A stretch of DNA of 64,000 nucleotides, taken from contig DATFEP010000013.1 in the NCBI GenBank assembly GCA_035250975.1, positions 1 through 64,000 of the forward strand, written 5' to 3'. Below the pieces are notes generated by a model that was not told where the DNA came from, did no database searches, and saw only the letters and a list, made by a program, of their open reading frames with translations. Positions within the stretch are counted from its first letter, which is position 1; the number at the start of each line of letters is the position of its first letter. Origin of the DNA: Nitrososphaeraceae archaeon. GTDB taxonomy: Archaea > Thermoproteota > Nitrososphaeria > Nitrososphaerales > Nitrososphaeraceae. The translations under genes were made by a program, and so were the position numbers. Positions 1 to 11,136 of the stretch are shown one piece after another.

Positions 1-615
1 TTTGTATGCTTCAGGTGTTATGAAAGTGAAATACTCTTCTTTGTCTCCGGGATAGATAGTTAGCTTTGCGGCAATGATGTCATCTTTTTCATCCTTCAAT
101 GGAGTAACGTATTTCCATTTTAAATCATCCCATGCACCAAGTCTTATTCCTGAGGATACCATTACATACACAATGGGTTTTATTCTTCTATCTGGATATT
201 CTATTATTTTTCGAATCTCTTCAACAGTCGGGGCTCTATCATTTGAGGCTTTTCTACCAGCAGGGATACCTTTAGAAATAAATTTCCAATTTATTATTAT
301 ATCGTTCATATCACAAAATAATTTTGTTGCCTTATAGTAATTTCCAATAGTTGTGGAAGAGATTTCATTTTTTGTTACCCTATCTTTCTGATATTCAATA
401 AATCTAACGAAGTTATCTTGAAGCCATTTAGGATTTGATTTAGATTTCTTATAAAATTGTACAGCTTTTGAATTGATATCTCCTTTTAGTTTAAGGAAAT
501 CAAAAAACATCTCCAATCTACGGGGATACTGTCTTTTTGATTCTGGAGCCTTCAATCCGTATAGAAAATTAAACATAGGATCTGAACCTGATTGCGTCAT
601 TGCGATTCTTGTCAT
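1..615 (-). CDS. Tyrosine recombinase/integrase, N-terminal part (runs off the left edge of the window)
   Basis: Manual translation from ATG at 615: [34 protein letters not shown]...[43 protein letters not shown]. It is open to position 1, has the box I motif SSGIRLG, and lies directly 3' of a tRNA. Confidence 0.88.
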   Translation of the reverse strand, partial: MTRIAMTQSGSDPMFNFLYGLKAPESKRQYPRRLEMFFDFLKLKGDINSKAVQFYKKSKSNPKWLQDNFVRFIEYQKDRVTKNEISSTTIGNYYKATKLFCDMNDIIINWKFISKGIPAGRKASNDRAPTVEEIRKIIEYPDRRIKPIVYVMVSSGIRLGAWDDLKWKYVTPLKDEKDDIIAAKLTIYPGDKEEYFTFITPEAYK

Positions 616-664
616 GCTATACTATTTTATAGTCTGGGCCGTATAAAAACATACATATTTGTAA

Positions 665-739
665 TGGGCCGGGTCGGATTCGAACCAACGATCCCCGCCA
701 TGTCAAGGCGGTATCCTAACCAGGCTAGACCACCGGCCC
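665..739 (-). tRNA. tRNA-Val(GAC)
   Basis: Reverse complement is GGGCCGGTGGTCTAGCCTGGTTAGGATACCGCCTTGACATGGCGGGGATCGTTGGTTCGAATCCGACCCGGCCCA: acceptor stem GGGCCGG/CCGGCCC, anticodon arm CCGCC-TTGACAT-GGCGG, T-loop TTCGAAT, no encoded CCA. Confidence 0.97.
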
Positions 740-1289
740 CCTCACACTAATCTCTTTGATTATTTTTATAAGTGTTATTTCTCTTACATGAGGAGGCTCG
801 CATCGAGTTTATATACTTAGAATCATGATTTATCTGGTTGTGCTTTTTCTCTAAATTATCATTAAGGATCTGAGGATTAGCACAGCTAAGCGAATTACAC
901 TTTTATCATTAATGAATCCATGTTTTAAAAATAATACTAGTTGTAATCGATGTAAAATTATGCGTTTCTATTTTACGTCACATTTAATTCTGTATTTATA
1001 AATTTGGCATGTGTTCTTTTTTTCTAATATTCATTCCAGTTCAATTAGTTAGCAAAGTTTTCAAATACACATTAGTTGATATAAGAAGAAGCTTTAATTC
1101 TTTTCTACATTATTGAAAATCCACAAATTATGATTTTCTTGAAATTTCTTTACAATGTATTCTTCATTGCAGGTAAAAAAATTTATATAAACAGAGGTAA
1201 TTTTTTATATAATTAGAAAGTAAGGTTTTGAAAAGTGTCTAATATGTTTTGGGATTGTGCTAAATTCCTGGCATGTATATATAAAATTC

Positions 1290-1860
1290 CATTGTTAAAG
1301 ACATAAAATAGATAGTGTACTTTCAAGGTCTCACTCTACGTAATACATCTAAAGCGTTATTGATATTTAGAGGTGAAAGGAGAAGTTATGTTTCTGTTTG
1401 GAATTGGATACAAATGTATGGTTAGTATCAAACTTACAAAACAAAAAGTATATTTTTCTTTATGATGGGTGAACTTATTATTCAGATCTGTAACTAGCAT
1501 TATTGGTTATGGTTCTGTATTAAACCAATTCACTCTTCAGTGCTTGGAATCCATATCTCAGAAGATAGAAACATGATTGTCGTTGAACAATTCATTAGAT
1601 CTCATATCCAAATACGGAAAATATACCGTTTACATAGATGGTGGTGCATGGAATGATGAAACATGTAATGTAATTGGATTAAGATACTATCTACCTTCTT
1701 AGTTCGAAAAAAGTTTGATGAAACGGATTTACCATCATTTGAAAGACGGAAAATAATTTTTTGATGATTATTATCCATGTAGACAAATTGAATTCAGTCT
1801 ATTTCATGTATATAACGGGATACAATTCTTTGTTCTGGATATCATGCTGTCATACTAAAT
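1290..1860 (+). pseudogene. Degenerate IS6-family (DDE) transposase remnant
   Basis: Broken frames give GLTLRNTSKAL..SYVSVWNWIQ..YWLWFCIKPIHSSVLGIHISEDRNMIVVEQFIRS..KYTVYIDGGAW..FDDYYPC, with several stops and frameshifts. Boundaries are approximate. Confidence 0.75.
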
Positions 1861-1927
1861 AATAATTCAAACTAAATGACTAATATCACTGATTTTTTCA
1901 AATCTGTACATCCTTTGAATATGTATC

Positions 1928-2494
1928 TTAGCCATTAGACAATAGACTATATATTCCTCCAATTCCGTAAGCTAAGGATATCAATATCCTTGCTAAAAAT
2001 TCACCGTGTACTTTTTCTACTATATTATATTGATACAGTACCGCTATTATTATTATAGATATCAAACAAATCTGACCAACAATCATTTGATCCACGTTTT
2101 TGAGTCTGTTGTACTTCAAAAATATTAAAGCAGTAGAAATATTTCCCAATCCAATTCCCAACAATATTAAATATTCATGAATACTGGGCATAAATATTAT
2201 AAAGAAAAATGGACCGGCCCAACATATTCCATTCATGATTTTGACCCCTAATGGCCACCCCGTACTCTTTTTTATCCTAGATTTAATGATTTTAACGGAA
2301 TCTATTATTCTATTTCTAAAAAACAAAAAAAAGACCAAAAAACTTCCAATCCATATAAGTGCATGAAAATAATATTGATTAATTTCACGTGAGAAAACTT
2401 CGCTAATTGTTATGGCTGCTAAAATAGATAACGATATGTATATAAAAATGATGCTATTTTTTGAGGACTCATCTTTTTTATTAGTCATTAACAA
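1928..2494 (-). CDS. Hypothetical multi-pass membrane protein
   Basis: 188-aa ORF with about 6 hydrophobic segments. Confidence 0.7.
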   Translation of the reverse strand: MLMTNKKDESSKNSIIFIYISLSILAAITISEVFSREINQYYFHALIWIGSFLVFFLFFRNRIIDSVKIIKSRIKKSTGWPLGVKIMNGICWAGPFFFIIFMPSIHEYLILLGIGLGNISTALIFLKYNRLKNVDQMIVGQICLISIIIIAVLYQYNIVEKVHGEFLARILISLAYGIGGIYSLLSNG

Positions 2495-2621
2495 GATTCA
2501 GGCATTTTAATTATCCTATAAACGTAATGCAAATTACTTTATTTCTGTTCATTTTTTTAAGACGACTCTAAATGCTATGATTCATTTTCAATTTTCGGAC
2601 ACGAGATAAATAAAAAGATTT

Positions 2622-3959
2622 TTGTTGTTGTTACTATTATTATATTTATTGACACCTTTTTTTGATTTTCTTAAGAAAAAATCCAATCTCTATAAAAAAG
2701 AAAGAGATTCATATAATGTAAACGAGTTTGTAGATCATTCAAATGAACATCTTCAGATTAACTCATTTGATACTAAAGATATTCTCCAAAGAAACATAGG
2801 TGAGAAAGTAAAGCAATTATCACGTAGAATCGAACCCCTCTATCATGAGTCGCTACAACATATGAACAATATAGAAAATATTGCCCTAGATCTAGAAGTA
2901 GCCAAAATAGATGTGGAAGAACGTAGTTTTGAATCACTTCTTATTAATGCGAAAAGAATGGTTATATCGTCTATAAAAAAAGAAATATCATCATTTCCTG
3001 AGGTTCCTAAATCTTTCCAAGATATTAAGGAATTTCATCAACATCTCGATTCTATGGTCCATAGGTTTTCTGAGTTAAGTTCTTCTCATAAGAAAGTTTT
3101 CAATTTCTTCATTAGAAAGTATGCAGAAAGACTGGAAAATGAGTTTAAGAATATTTCAAGCGTCTCGCATGAGTGCAAGAGGGAGATTTATCTCTATGAA
3201 GATCAGTTAAATTTTTTGAATTCATCTTTGAATGGATTAAATGTCATTGCAGATAAAAAAGAAATGATACGCTCTATGGAGTCGTTGCTAGGTGATAAGC
3301 AACATAGTATTGACGATTTGAAATCAAACATAAAAAAAATTGATTCTGAAATAAATTCGATCCTAAACTCAGAAAAATATCATAATGCACAACAAACAAA
3401 ACAAATGCAGACATTAGTCGAGAAAGAGAAAAAAGAATTTCATAGGGAACTAGTTAATAGCTTCAGCAAGGTCAGTAGAGCATTTAACAAATATTCCTAC
3501 GGTATGAATAAATCAGTAATTCATAAAATCCAAGTAATGACGGAAAAACCTTGGGAGATATTTTCTCAAGACATTGCGAGCTATGGTGATCTAATTAGAG
3601 ATGTAAAGACTTCAATGGTAAAGAGAAAAATTAACGTTAAAGATTCTGATAAAATACTCGCTTATATTGACAACATACTGGATTCATTAGATGAATTTAA
3701 GAATCGTGAAGTAAATTTAGATAAAAAATTACATACATTAAAGAACAACCCTGATTTATCTATTTTTTCAAACATAAGAGAGTTGAAGGAAAAAAAATCT
3801 TATCTTTCCCAAGAGTTATTGTCGAAAGAGACTTCGCAAAGAGAATTACAAACTGATTTGGAAAAAAATAAGAAAGAAATACAAGATTTAAGGAAACCCA
3901 TAGAAAAATGTCTACTTGAATTGACTGGCAAACATTATTCCTTACAGGTTAATGATTAG
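2622..3959 (+). CDS. Hypothetical coiled-coil protein (start may be TTG near 2649)
   Basis: 445-aa ORF, K/E/L-rich with heptad character and no Walker motif. Confidence 0.75.
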   Translation: MLLLLLLYLLTPFFDFLKKKSNLYKKERDSYNVNEFVDHSNEHLQINSFDTKDILQRNIGEKVKQLSRRIEPLYHESLQHMNNIENIALDLEVAKIDVEERSFESLLINAKRMVISSIKKEISSFPEVPKSFQDIKEFHQHLDSMVHRFSELSSSHKKVFNFFIRKYAERLENEFKNISSVSHECKREIYLYEDQLNFLNSSLNGLNVIADKKEMIRSMESLLGDKQHSIDDLKSNIKKIDSEINSILNSEKYHNAQQTKQMQTLVEKEKKEFHRELVNSFSKVSRAFNKYSYGMNKSVIHKIQVMTEKPWEIFSQDIASYGDLIRDVKTSMVKRKINVKDSDKILAYIDNILDSLDEFKNREVNLDKKLHTLKNNPDLSIFSNIRELKEKKSYLSQELLSKETSQRELQTDLEKNKKEIQDLRKPIEKCLLELTGKHYSLQVND

Positions 3960-4553
3960 AATAGAATTGAAGGGTTGAGACCAAGATTCAAACTTCGTTA
4001 GTGCACGTCTCCTATCCACAAGAAATAATGGGAAGCAAGCCAGCAACCTAAGATCAAGTTAAAACAAGGCTGGAGTCCAAATGTCGGTGCCCACATTTTA
4101 AATAGGGATTCAGATAGCTGGCGGTTATAGTACGCTTTTTGTAAACAAGATAACAAAGGAAGGAAAAAGTTAGAAAAATGGTTTTGTGATGGTTATCATC
4201 GGGGCGTCTATCGTCATCTCGGTCTGTAAATCTTTCTAGAATAGTTTTTAACAAGATTAGTATTGTACCACAAAGAAAACCCGGCTATAATTTATGATAT
4301 TTACAGATATAAACAAAACATAGGTTCGTAAAATAATCATCAGGCACACAAGCTAAGCATTTATTGTTTTTACTAATTTTTACACCAAAGATCTGCTTTT
4401 ATGAGACGGAAAGTATAATACAATAATATCTTCTCCAATTACAACGGTGAAAATCTCCGATGTTAACCATCATAATATGTCGATTTCTACATGCAAGTAT
4501 TTTTAGGAACAGAATCAAACTTTTTAAAGAAATATTATACGCATTAGTTAAAA

Positions 4554-4766
4554 ATGCACATAGGATGTACAGACATGCTAGATTCGAATTATCCTTTGTA
4601 TTACAAACATGGTCCAGATGCAGTTAAAGTATGGTCAGACCACATGATGCAGGATATGTTAAGAGATTCTATCACCAGACAGTACAGTACTTATACTGCA
4701 AATATCTTTGAAGATACTTTGGTTGAGTTAAGTAGACCAAAATACAGAAAACATAGATATTACTAA
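4554..4766 (+). CDS. Small hypothetical protein whose C-terminus is shared with the copy near 60720
   Basis: 70-aa ORF. FEDTL(V/I)ELSRPKYRK recurs at about 60720 with mostly synonymous changes. Confidence 0.45.
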   Translation: MHIGCTDMLDSNYPLYYKHGPDAVKVWSDHMMQDMLRDSITRQYSTYTANIFEDTLVELSRPKYRKHRYY

Positions 4767-5040
4767 TTGTAATAATTTTTTCTATTACTGTAAGTAACAT
4801 TAAAAAACGTAAAATAATATTAAAAAACGTAAAATAATAGCATTTTTTGGCGAAAATATAACAATTATGAAACTTTGTAAAAAAATACAGAGTGTCTATG
4901 TCACTATATTTCTAAATCTGCTGGTAACTATGGTAATGTGAAAGAGGGGTAGAGCTTTTGGTATATATATACGGTTTTTAATTGGTGTTTGATGGAAAAT
5001 ATAGCTGAAAATGTATTAGATATAAACAAAAATTCCAAAT
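4706..5040 (+). repeat. Dispersed diverged ~330-bp repeat, copy 1 (copy 2 at 60719-61036)
   Basis: Shared colinear blocks: CTTTGAAGATACTTT, TTCTAAATCTGCTGGTAACTATGGTAA, AGAGGGGTAG, ATATATACGGTTTTTAATTGG, AGATATAAACAAAAATT. Confidence 0.9.
4799..4838. repeat. 20-bp tandem duplication
   Basis: ATTAAAAAACGTAAAATAAT occurs twice in tandem. Confidence 0.9.
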
Positions 5041-5594
5041 ATAAAGAAAAAGACAAAGACGGTTAATTCGATTCTCAAAATTAATTGAATGTCAAATTAA
5101 CAACATTCCAGACATTGCAACAAATCGATTATTAATTAAAGCCATGTTAACCATTATGCAAAAGGAAGATAAGTCGGAGATCAATTATTCATGTATATCA
5201 ATACCATGACAAGTAAAATCGTTAATTTTCATACACTACCTAGAAAAGATTGGAATATAAAGCCAAATTCTAATGTAAAAATTCTGCACCTGTTCCCATT
5301 TCTTAATAAATTATTTGTGTTCCATTGAATTTATCATTAATAAAAAATTGGAAAGCACTTAAATTGATTTATTATTAAAAAGCTAGGGCGACTTTTCTTC
5401 AAATTGGATTTATTTATCAAAAACCTGTTGGCCATTATTGATTATAACAAAAGAATTGTGTGCAAGGAAATAAAAAATCTAACGGTTACTTTTTAATGGA
5501 AATGTAACATAAGTATTTTTATCCTCATTTCAAAAATATATAAAATTTAAGTTGCTTTTTACGCATATCATCATAGAAATTAAAAATAAAAAAA

Positions 5595-6170
5595 TTAAGG
5601 AGCTAAATGTTGCTTTTGTTTGAAGAGCTCTTGACTTGGAATGTATGATTCATGTGCAGTTATAGTAATAGTATGTGGACCTAGAAAATGAACCTCTTCA
5701 CTTTCTGTGTATTTAAGAGCCACATCTGTTACAGGATCTCCAAATCCAAATTGTCCATGAAATAAACAACTTCTAGGTGGGTTTGAAACTTGTTCTAAAT
5801 ATCCCAGGTACATGGGAAAAACCTTGGGAGCAAGACCGATTAGTACTTGAAACATCGGTTTATTAGATTCTTCTGGGTTACATGGTAAATTAAGAGATAT
5901 ATGTCCTTTGGTTGCAAAAGGAGTTGAATCATATATTAGTAATGTATCATTTTGAATAAGACTGATGCCATTTAGTAATAGAGTTACAGATGCTCTATTA
6001 AGGTCTGCCTTATGCACATAATTAAAACTGGTGGCTACCTGTTCTTGTAATGATTTTTCTTTCTCTGGCTCAACCTGAGAATAAGATGTCTCAAATGAAT
6101 AATCCATAACAGCCATTATTCCAATCATTAAAGTTAGTGAAACACCCATTAATCCTATCATCTGTTTCAT
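5595..6170 (-). CDS. Secreted hypothetical protein, paralog of 50140-50712
   Basis: Signal-like N-terminus; YDSTP..KGHI..LPC..C.FH motifs shared with 50140-50712. Confidence 0.8.
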   Translation of the reverse strand: MKQMIGLMGVSLTLMIGIMAVMDYSFETSYSQVEPEKEKSLQEQVATSFNYVHKADLNRASVTLLLNGISLIQNDTLLIYDSTPFATKGHISLNLPCNPEESNKPMFQVLIGLAPKVFPMYLGYLEQVSNPPRSCLFHGQFGFGDPVTDVALKYTESEEVHFLGPHTITITAHESYIPSQELFKQKQHLAP

Positions 6171-6544
6171 AAATTATTGTAATAATTTAGTTATTAATAT
6201 AGAATTCTATCAATAGGCACTAACAATAAATTAATCAATTAATAGTTCGAGATTGTTAAGTTATTTGAGTATAATTCTGATTATCGAGTAAATTTCGATA
6301 ATTTGAGCTAGTCAATCAAAATCAAGCTCTAATCGTTTACCTGTAAAATTTTATTCATCTTTCTTCAGTATTCTTACTATAATTACAAGTTTAATCGTCG
6401 ATATCCAGTTCAATATTATGTTTATTTCTATATACATTTTAAGCTACTATAAATTTTTTAAAAATAATAATTGCTTGTTGTACTTTTATAGATGGTTACA
6501 ATTTCATTTACTAACATAGGTAACACCTTCTAGTCTGTTAGTAA

Positions 6545-7030
6545 GTGTATACAAAATAGAATTACAAACAAATTTTATCCAATTCATCGGAAAGCGTAGA
6601 CTGAAGGTACCGTAAGTAATGCACTAGATACCTAATATCTAGAAGGAGATAATACAAGTGGAAAAACAGGTACTTTGAGAATGGAATAAATGCTTTCCAA
6701 AATAAAAGTAGAAAACCACACAATAAAATTTCTGCAAAGGTAACAAATGAGAAAGAAAAGGAAATCTTGATTTACGTATAACTAAAAAGATTTGGTTGGA
6801 ATCAGATTAGATCTAGGCTAAAATGTGCACCTTAAATATCGCTCAGTACCAAAACTATCTACAGAATACTGCAAAAGACATCGTTTGAATATGTAATGTA
6901 AAGTAAGAAATATAGAGTATAAAAGGTTTACAATGAAAAAGCCTAACGAAGGGATACAAATAGATATTTTGGGACCATTTTATTTTAAGAATATTGCTCA
7001 AAAGAACTATTTTATCAATCGTTTTGTTTC
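6545..7030 (+). pseudogene. Degenerate IS481-like transposase remnant (HTH plus start of the rve core)
   Basis: Broken frames give YKWKNRYFENGINAFQNKSRKPH..KVTNEKEKEILDLRITK..FGWNQIRSRLK..ISLSTKTIYRIL..YKRFTMKKPNEGIQIDILGPFY. Boundaries are approximate. Confidence 0.7.
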
Positions 7031-7613
7031 TGTTACAATAAATAACATATAACTTGTATAAAAATCAGAAATATAAGAACAAATTTTGTCTTTTGTATTC
7101 TCTTTTTCTTGTTTTATGCAGAATAGATCTACGGTACGTATTATATACCATCGACAGTTTATCCTTTTTAGCAATATAATCGTAATACATTACACTCGAG
7201 TTTCTCCAGATAATTTTTAATATTACATTAAGCCTCTTTTTAATACTAGCATGATATTTTTGTTCCACTTTTTTTTATATTTTTTCTTGTATTATTGATA
7301 ATATCTACTTTTTTATAGGATCATAAAACCTGTATCAAAGATAAGTACTTATCATTTATATAGTTCGACTTTAGCGTTTTATTGAATTTTGATAACTACC
7401 AAAAATATTTGTTCCTTGCTTTGCATTCATTACATCTGCTTAAATAAGTTTAAATGTGTATATTATATTTCTTTTAACTATATACATTTATTATTTTTTA
7501 ATATGCTGTTATCATATAGGTTAAGATATAGATTAGTGATAAATAGTAAAACCGAATTAATATTAATTATGTATAAATATTATTAAATTATGTATCATGG
7601 TTTTTTCCTAGTT

Positions 7614-8057
7614 TTATCCCTGTTGAGAGACTAATACTTTTCCAGCCATAAATGGATGGAACATACATGAGTATTTGTATTCTCCTTCTTGGTTAAATAA
7701 AAATGTAAATTCTTGTCCAAGATGTAATACTCCTGAATCGAATCCATTATTGAGTGATTCATCGGATAAAGTATGTCCGGTGATCGTATGCATTATTTCG
7801 TCCATATTGATCCAAGTAATTTTCTGGCCTGGTTGTATATGTATAGATTCTGGATCAAAATTTTTCTTTGCTGAGGGATCAGATGCTTGATAAGGAATTT
7901 GTACATTATAATCTGAACTCCATGCTGGCTTAATCATGGATGAAGAATTAACAAGACAGATCGTAGCGAATAAAATTGAAATAAAAAATACATATCTTAA
8001 CGTATAGGGATTCATGCAATTTCCATCCTGGATTAGTCTAACGTGAACGTATGTCAA
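7614..8057 (-). CDS. Secreted cupredoxin/plastocyanin-like blue copper protein (likely start ATG 8015)
   Basis: Type-1 copper ligands MHTIT and YSCMFHPFMAG, FDSG motif, signal peptide. Confidence 0.9.
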   Translation of the reverse strand: MTYVHVRLIQDGNCMNPYTLRYVFFISILFATICLVNSSSMIKPAWSSDYNVQIPYQASDPSAKKNFDPESIHIQPGQKITWINMDEIMHTITGHTLSDESLNNGFDSGVLHLGQEFTFLFNQEGEYKYSCMFHPFMAGKVLVSQQG

Positions 8058-8673
8058 TTAATTAGACATTGTTATATGGTTAATTAAGTTTTTTTATGTA
8101 AATTTGTTGATAGTACCTATTGGTCCGAATAAAAAAAATCGTTGTAGCTGATCTCTTTTATAGTATTAAAGCTGTATTTGAAGTTACTAAGATCTGAAAG
8201 CATGATCTTAATGAACCACTATTCAGAAACTGTAAAATTATCTCCGAAGACATAAGATTTTTCTATTCTAATTGAGCTTTGTATTGGACTCTTGGTATGA
8301 CAATGAAATAAAAACTATAAAAAATCTTCCAGTAGTTCTCACGTATGTACTCAATTTATTCTCAGATTTGTTTGATAATTTTTTGTTCTCTAGGTGATCA
8401 AACAAATCTTTGTGTTATTCCATTATGAGGCGCCTATAAAATCTCCAATTAACAAAAAAAGTATAACTATTAACCTACCTTTTAGGTTTGATAACACTTT
8501 ACATACTGATATCAAGTAAAAAATATTATAAAACTATTATAAAAATATATGCAGATTCAATTGTCAGTATATTTGACAACCTAGTATATTATGAAGTACC
8601 ACAAAATTTGTTACCCCTCTCCAGGGTTTCAAATTCTTTCCGTAACTTAAAAAACTACCTCTGAGAACATTCT

Positions 8674-8707
8674 CCTTTTTGATTTTTATACCTTTTTGAT
8701 TTTTATA
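8674..8707. repeat. 17-bp tandem duplication
   Basis: CCTTTTTGATTTTTATA occurs twice in tandem. Confidence 0.85.
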
Positions 8708-9300
8708 CTTTGAATTATCCATTATATTTGAAATCGTCTTTTATTAGAATTGAGGTGCTAGAGTTATCTTTTTTTGTAACCGAAAATATTGGAAAATATT
8801 AATTATGATATCCTCAACCTCGTCAATATCTTATTATGTTAATCACAAAATAGATGGCCAATTTGTTATATTATTAAGAGCAAGATTGTGTGAGCTAAAA
8901 CAAGTCGAAGATATGGGTATTCAACTAATGACGGCTGGCAGAAAACATCTTAGATTTTTATCTTGATATTGATAAATTCCATTGTAAACTCTTTAAAAAT
9001 GAGAGGTTGACACTAGAGAAAGAATTCCAATACCTAGTTTTCTTGAAGGAAACAGCTAATGACTACATTATAAATGAAATTCCAAAGCCCAAATCTTGCA
9101 TATGACATTGCAGAAGATTTTAGATCATTTATTTAATGTAGTGATTAACATTACCGAAAATTAGATTGAACTTTAACCTATGTATGTTATATCCATTATA
9201 CGGTTTGCGTTTTCACTAATAAGTTCTAATAACATTTTGATCATAATTAAATAAGTCAGCAATATTCATGATTTAAGAAGCTAGATAATTAAACTGCTAT

Positions 9301-9318
9301 TTTTTCGGCGCCGAAAAA
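9301..9318. promoter_or_regulatory. Perfect 18-bp palindrome, motif family copy A
   Basis: TTTTTCGGCGCCGAAAAA. The function is inferred only. Confidence 0.5.
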
Positions 9319-9332
9319 TTACAACAGCGGGC

Positions 9333-9683
9333 CTACAATTTTTCCACCATCTCTTTTAATCTGCTTTCAGTTACTGAACCAATTAAGCCTTTAATTGGTT
9401 GACCATCCTTAAATAATATAAAAGATGGAATAGATAATACTTCATATTCTGAAGCAATTTTTGGATTATTATCAATGTTTACTCTTGCAAAGATGATCTT
9501 GTCTGAATAACATTTAGATAACTTCGAAAATATGGCAAACATTGTTTGACAAGCTCCACACCATGGTGCCCAAAAATCAACTAAAGTAAGTTTATTTCTA
9601 TTTATTACAATACTAAAATTTCTATAATCTAATTCTAATATTTCATCTTCTTTATCCTCCCTGATAGAGTCCTCGTTTGGCAT
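9333..9683 (-). CDS. trxA: Thioredoxin (WCGAC variant)
   Basis: LVDFWAPWCGAC, cis-Pro segment SIPS, FKDG. Confidence 0.88.
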   Translation of the reverse strand: MPNEDSIREDKEDEILELDYRNFSIVINRNKLTLVDFWAPWCGACQTMFAIFSKLSKCYSDKIIFARVNIDNNPKIASEYEVLSIPSFILFKDGQPIKGLIGSVTESRLKEMVEKL

Positions 9684-9989
9684 TTAAGTATATTTTTATT
9701 AAATCTTTTAATAACTCTTAGTATTCAAATTTTTCTTGAAAATTATATTGTTTGATTCGTTTATGAAATCTCTTAATATTCCATGAATTCGAATTGTTCA
9801 TAAAATAAGATCAACTGGCTATCGTTACCTTTTCGTTCTTTTAATACATTAATATATAATTCTTTATTTAACCTTTTCTTCAATTTTCTAAATTTAAAAT
9901 ACGATTTATTAAACGTTAATTGTTACTACTTAAACTATAACTATTAACATTACAAAAATGTTTTAATAGTTTTTTGTGTAAAGGAACTT

Positions 9990-10226
9990 ATGGTAACAAC
10001 AATAAATGTTGTGAAAGAATCATTAGGAAAAGACGTAAAAAAAATAAGAAAATATGAGGAAATTGCTTATACGCTTTCCTTTTATAGTATCTTTAGTTCT
10101 GGGGCATCCATGTTTATGGCAAATGATCTTTTGACCAAAATTATGGTTGGTGCGATATTAGGTTCAAGTAGTATAGCGATGTATTTAGCAATAAAGGTCA
10201 TGCACCGGAAAAAGAAATTAGCCTGA
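9990..10226 (+). CDS. Small membrane protein
   Basis: 78 aa, two hydrophobic helices, ATG start after an AT-rich promoter-like region. Confidence 0.6.
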   Translation: MVTTINVVKESLGKDVKKIRKYEEIAYTLSFYSIFSSGASMFMANDLLTKIMVGAILGSSSIAMYLAIKVMHRKKKLA

Positions 10227-10701
10227 ACTGACATCCCAGTAGTAAAATGGACGTAATATCTAAAATATCCAATCGATTTTACCAGTCATTTAGGTATCAT
10301 ATCTGATAAAAATTCTTTTGTAATGGTGAATATGTGTTTTATTTCCTGCCGGAGGTGATGCTCCAGGTAATATTGTCTATTCATTATTTTTTATTTCTTA
10401 GACAATAATATTTGCAATAATTCTAAGTTAGGTAATATCCAGAGTAGATGTGGAAAATAAATGACTGACACGAAAAATTCCAATTTCAACAATCAATGTT
10501 GCAAATTATCCTATTTTTGTCAACTTTTTTTAAGAACAACATACTTCATATTTAGTTAGATAAAAAATAATTTTCAAAGAGATATAAAAATAATCCCAAG
10601 TATTTTCCCCTGAGGCGTTATACTAACTTATATGATTGATAAAGATTATTCGATAATAATTTATTATTCAAAAACATACACTCAATACCGGATGTACCGA
10701 T

Positions 10702-10890
10702 ATGATTTTTATGGTATCCAGTCGGCGAGTGAGATTAAAGGTAGAAATGGATATTGATATTCCAACAGATCTTATTGAGAACAATGATCGACGTAAGATA
10801 ATTGAAGATGGAATAATAAAGAGTATTTCTAAGGGACTATATGAAGAGGGTATTTCATTTCACATAAAGAAATTTCACTTTGATGTATGA
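10702..10890 (+). CDS. Small hypothetical protein
   Basis: 62-aa ORF with globular-protein composition. Confidence 0.6.
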   Translation: MIFMVSSRRVRLKVEMDIDIPTDLIENNDRRKIIEDGIIKSISKGLYEEGISFHIKKFHFDV

Positions 10891-11078
10891 TTGAACTATC
10901 TGAAAGATTATACAGATAATAAAAATGATATTTGAATATGAAAGGATTGACAATTATAAATGGTTGCAATCAAAAGAGTAATAGACAAAGCTGCAGAAAA
11001 ATAGATCATAGCTATAGTCCTGCTGACATATGTAACAGTACACATACGCGACCATTCAACGAAAAACTTTCTTGTTAC

Positions 11079-11136
11079 TAGATCCTGAGACATACGAGGT
11101 AAAACTAGACGGAAAGATAGCTACAGTTGACCCTGC
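11079..11136 (+). repeat. 58-nt copy of the ureC 3' region (57/58 identical to the reverse complement of 19726-19783)
   Basis: TAGATCCTGAGACATACGAGGTAAAACT(A/G)GACGGAAAGATAGCTACAGTTGACCCTGC, encoding [18 protein letters not shown]. Confidence 0.95.

Noticed and set aside
74-337. 87-aa + strand ORF
   Set aside because: It is the antisense shadow of the integrase.
635-641. TGGGCCG repeating the tRNA 3' end, as a possible att site
   Set aside because: Only 7 bp long and 30 bp away; too short to support.
2380-2397. TTTCACGTGAGA, and TTCACGTGGAAC near 22163, resembling bacterial parS
   Set aside because: About four mismatches to the 16-bp consensus, and both lie inside coding sequence.
8100-8430. 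Possible decayed cupredoxin upstream of 7614-8057 (NSGSLRS, FKYSFNT)
   Set aside because: The fragments are too short and no copper ligands are recoverable.
10340-10372. GGDAPG phosphofructokinase-like motif
   Set aside because: An isolated hexapeptide with no surrounding ORF; likely chance.
10908-11093. 61-aa minus-strand ORF
   Set aside because: Its start lies in the ureC-derived fragment and it has no recognisable features.
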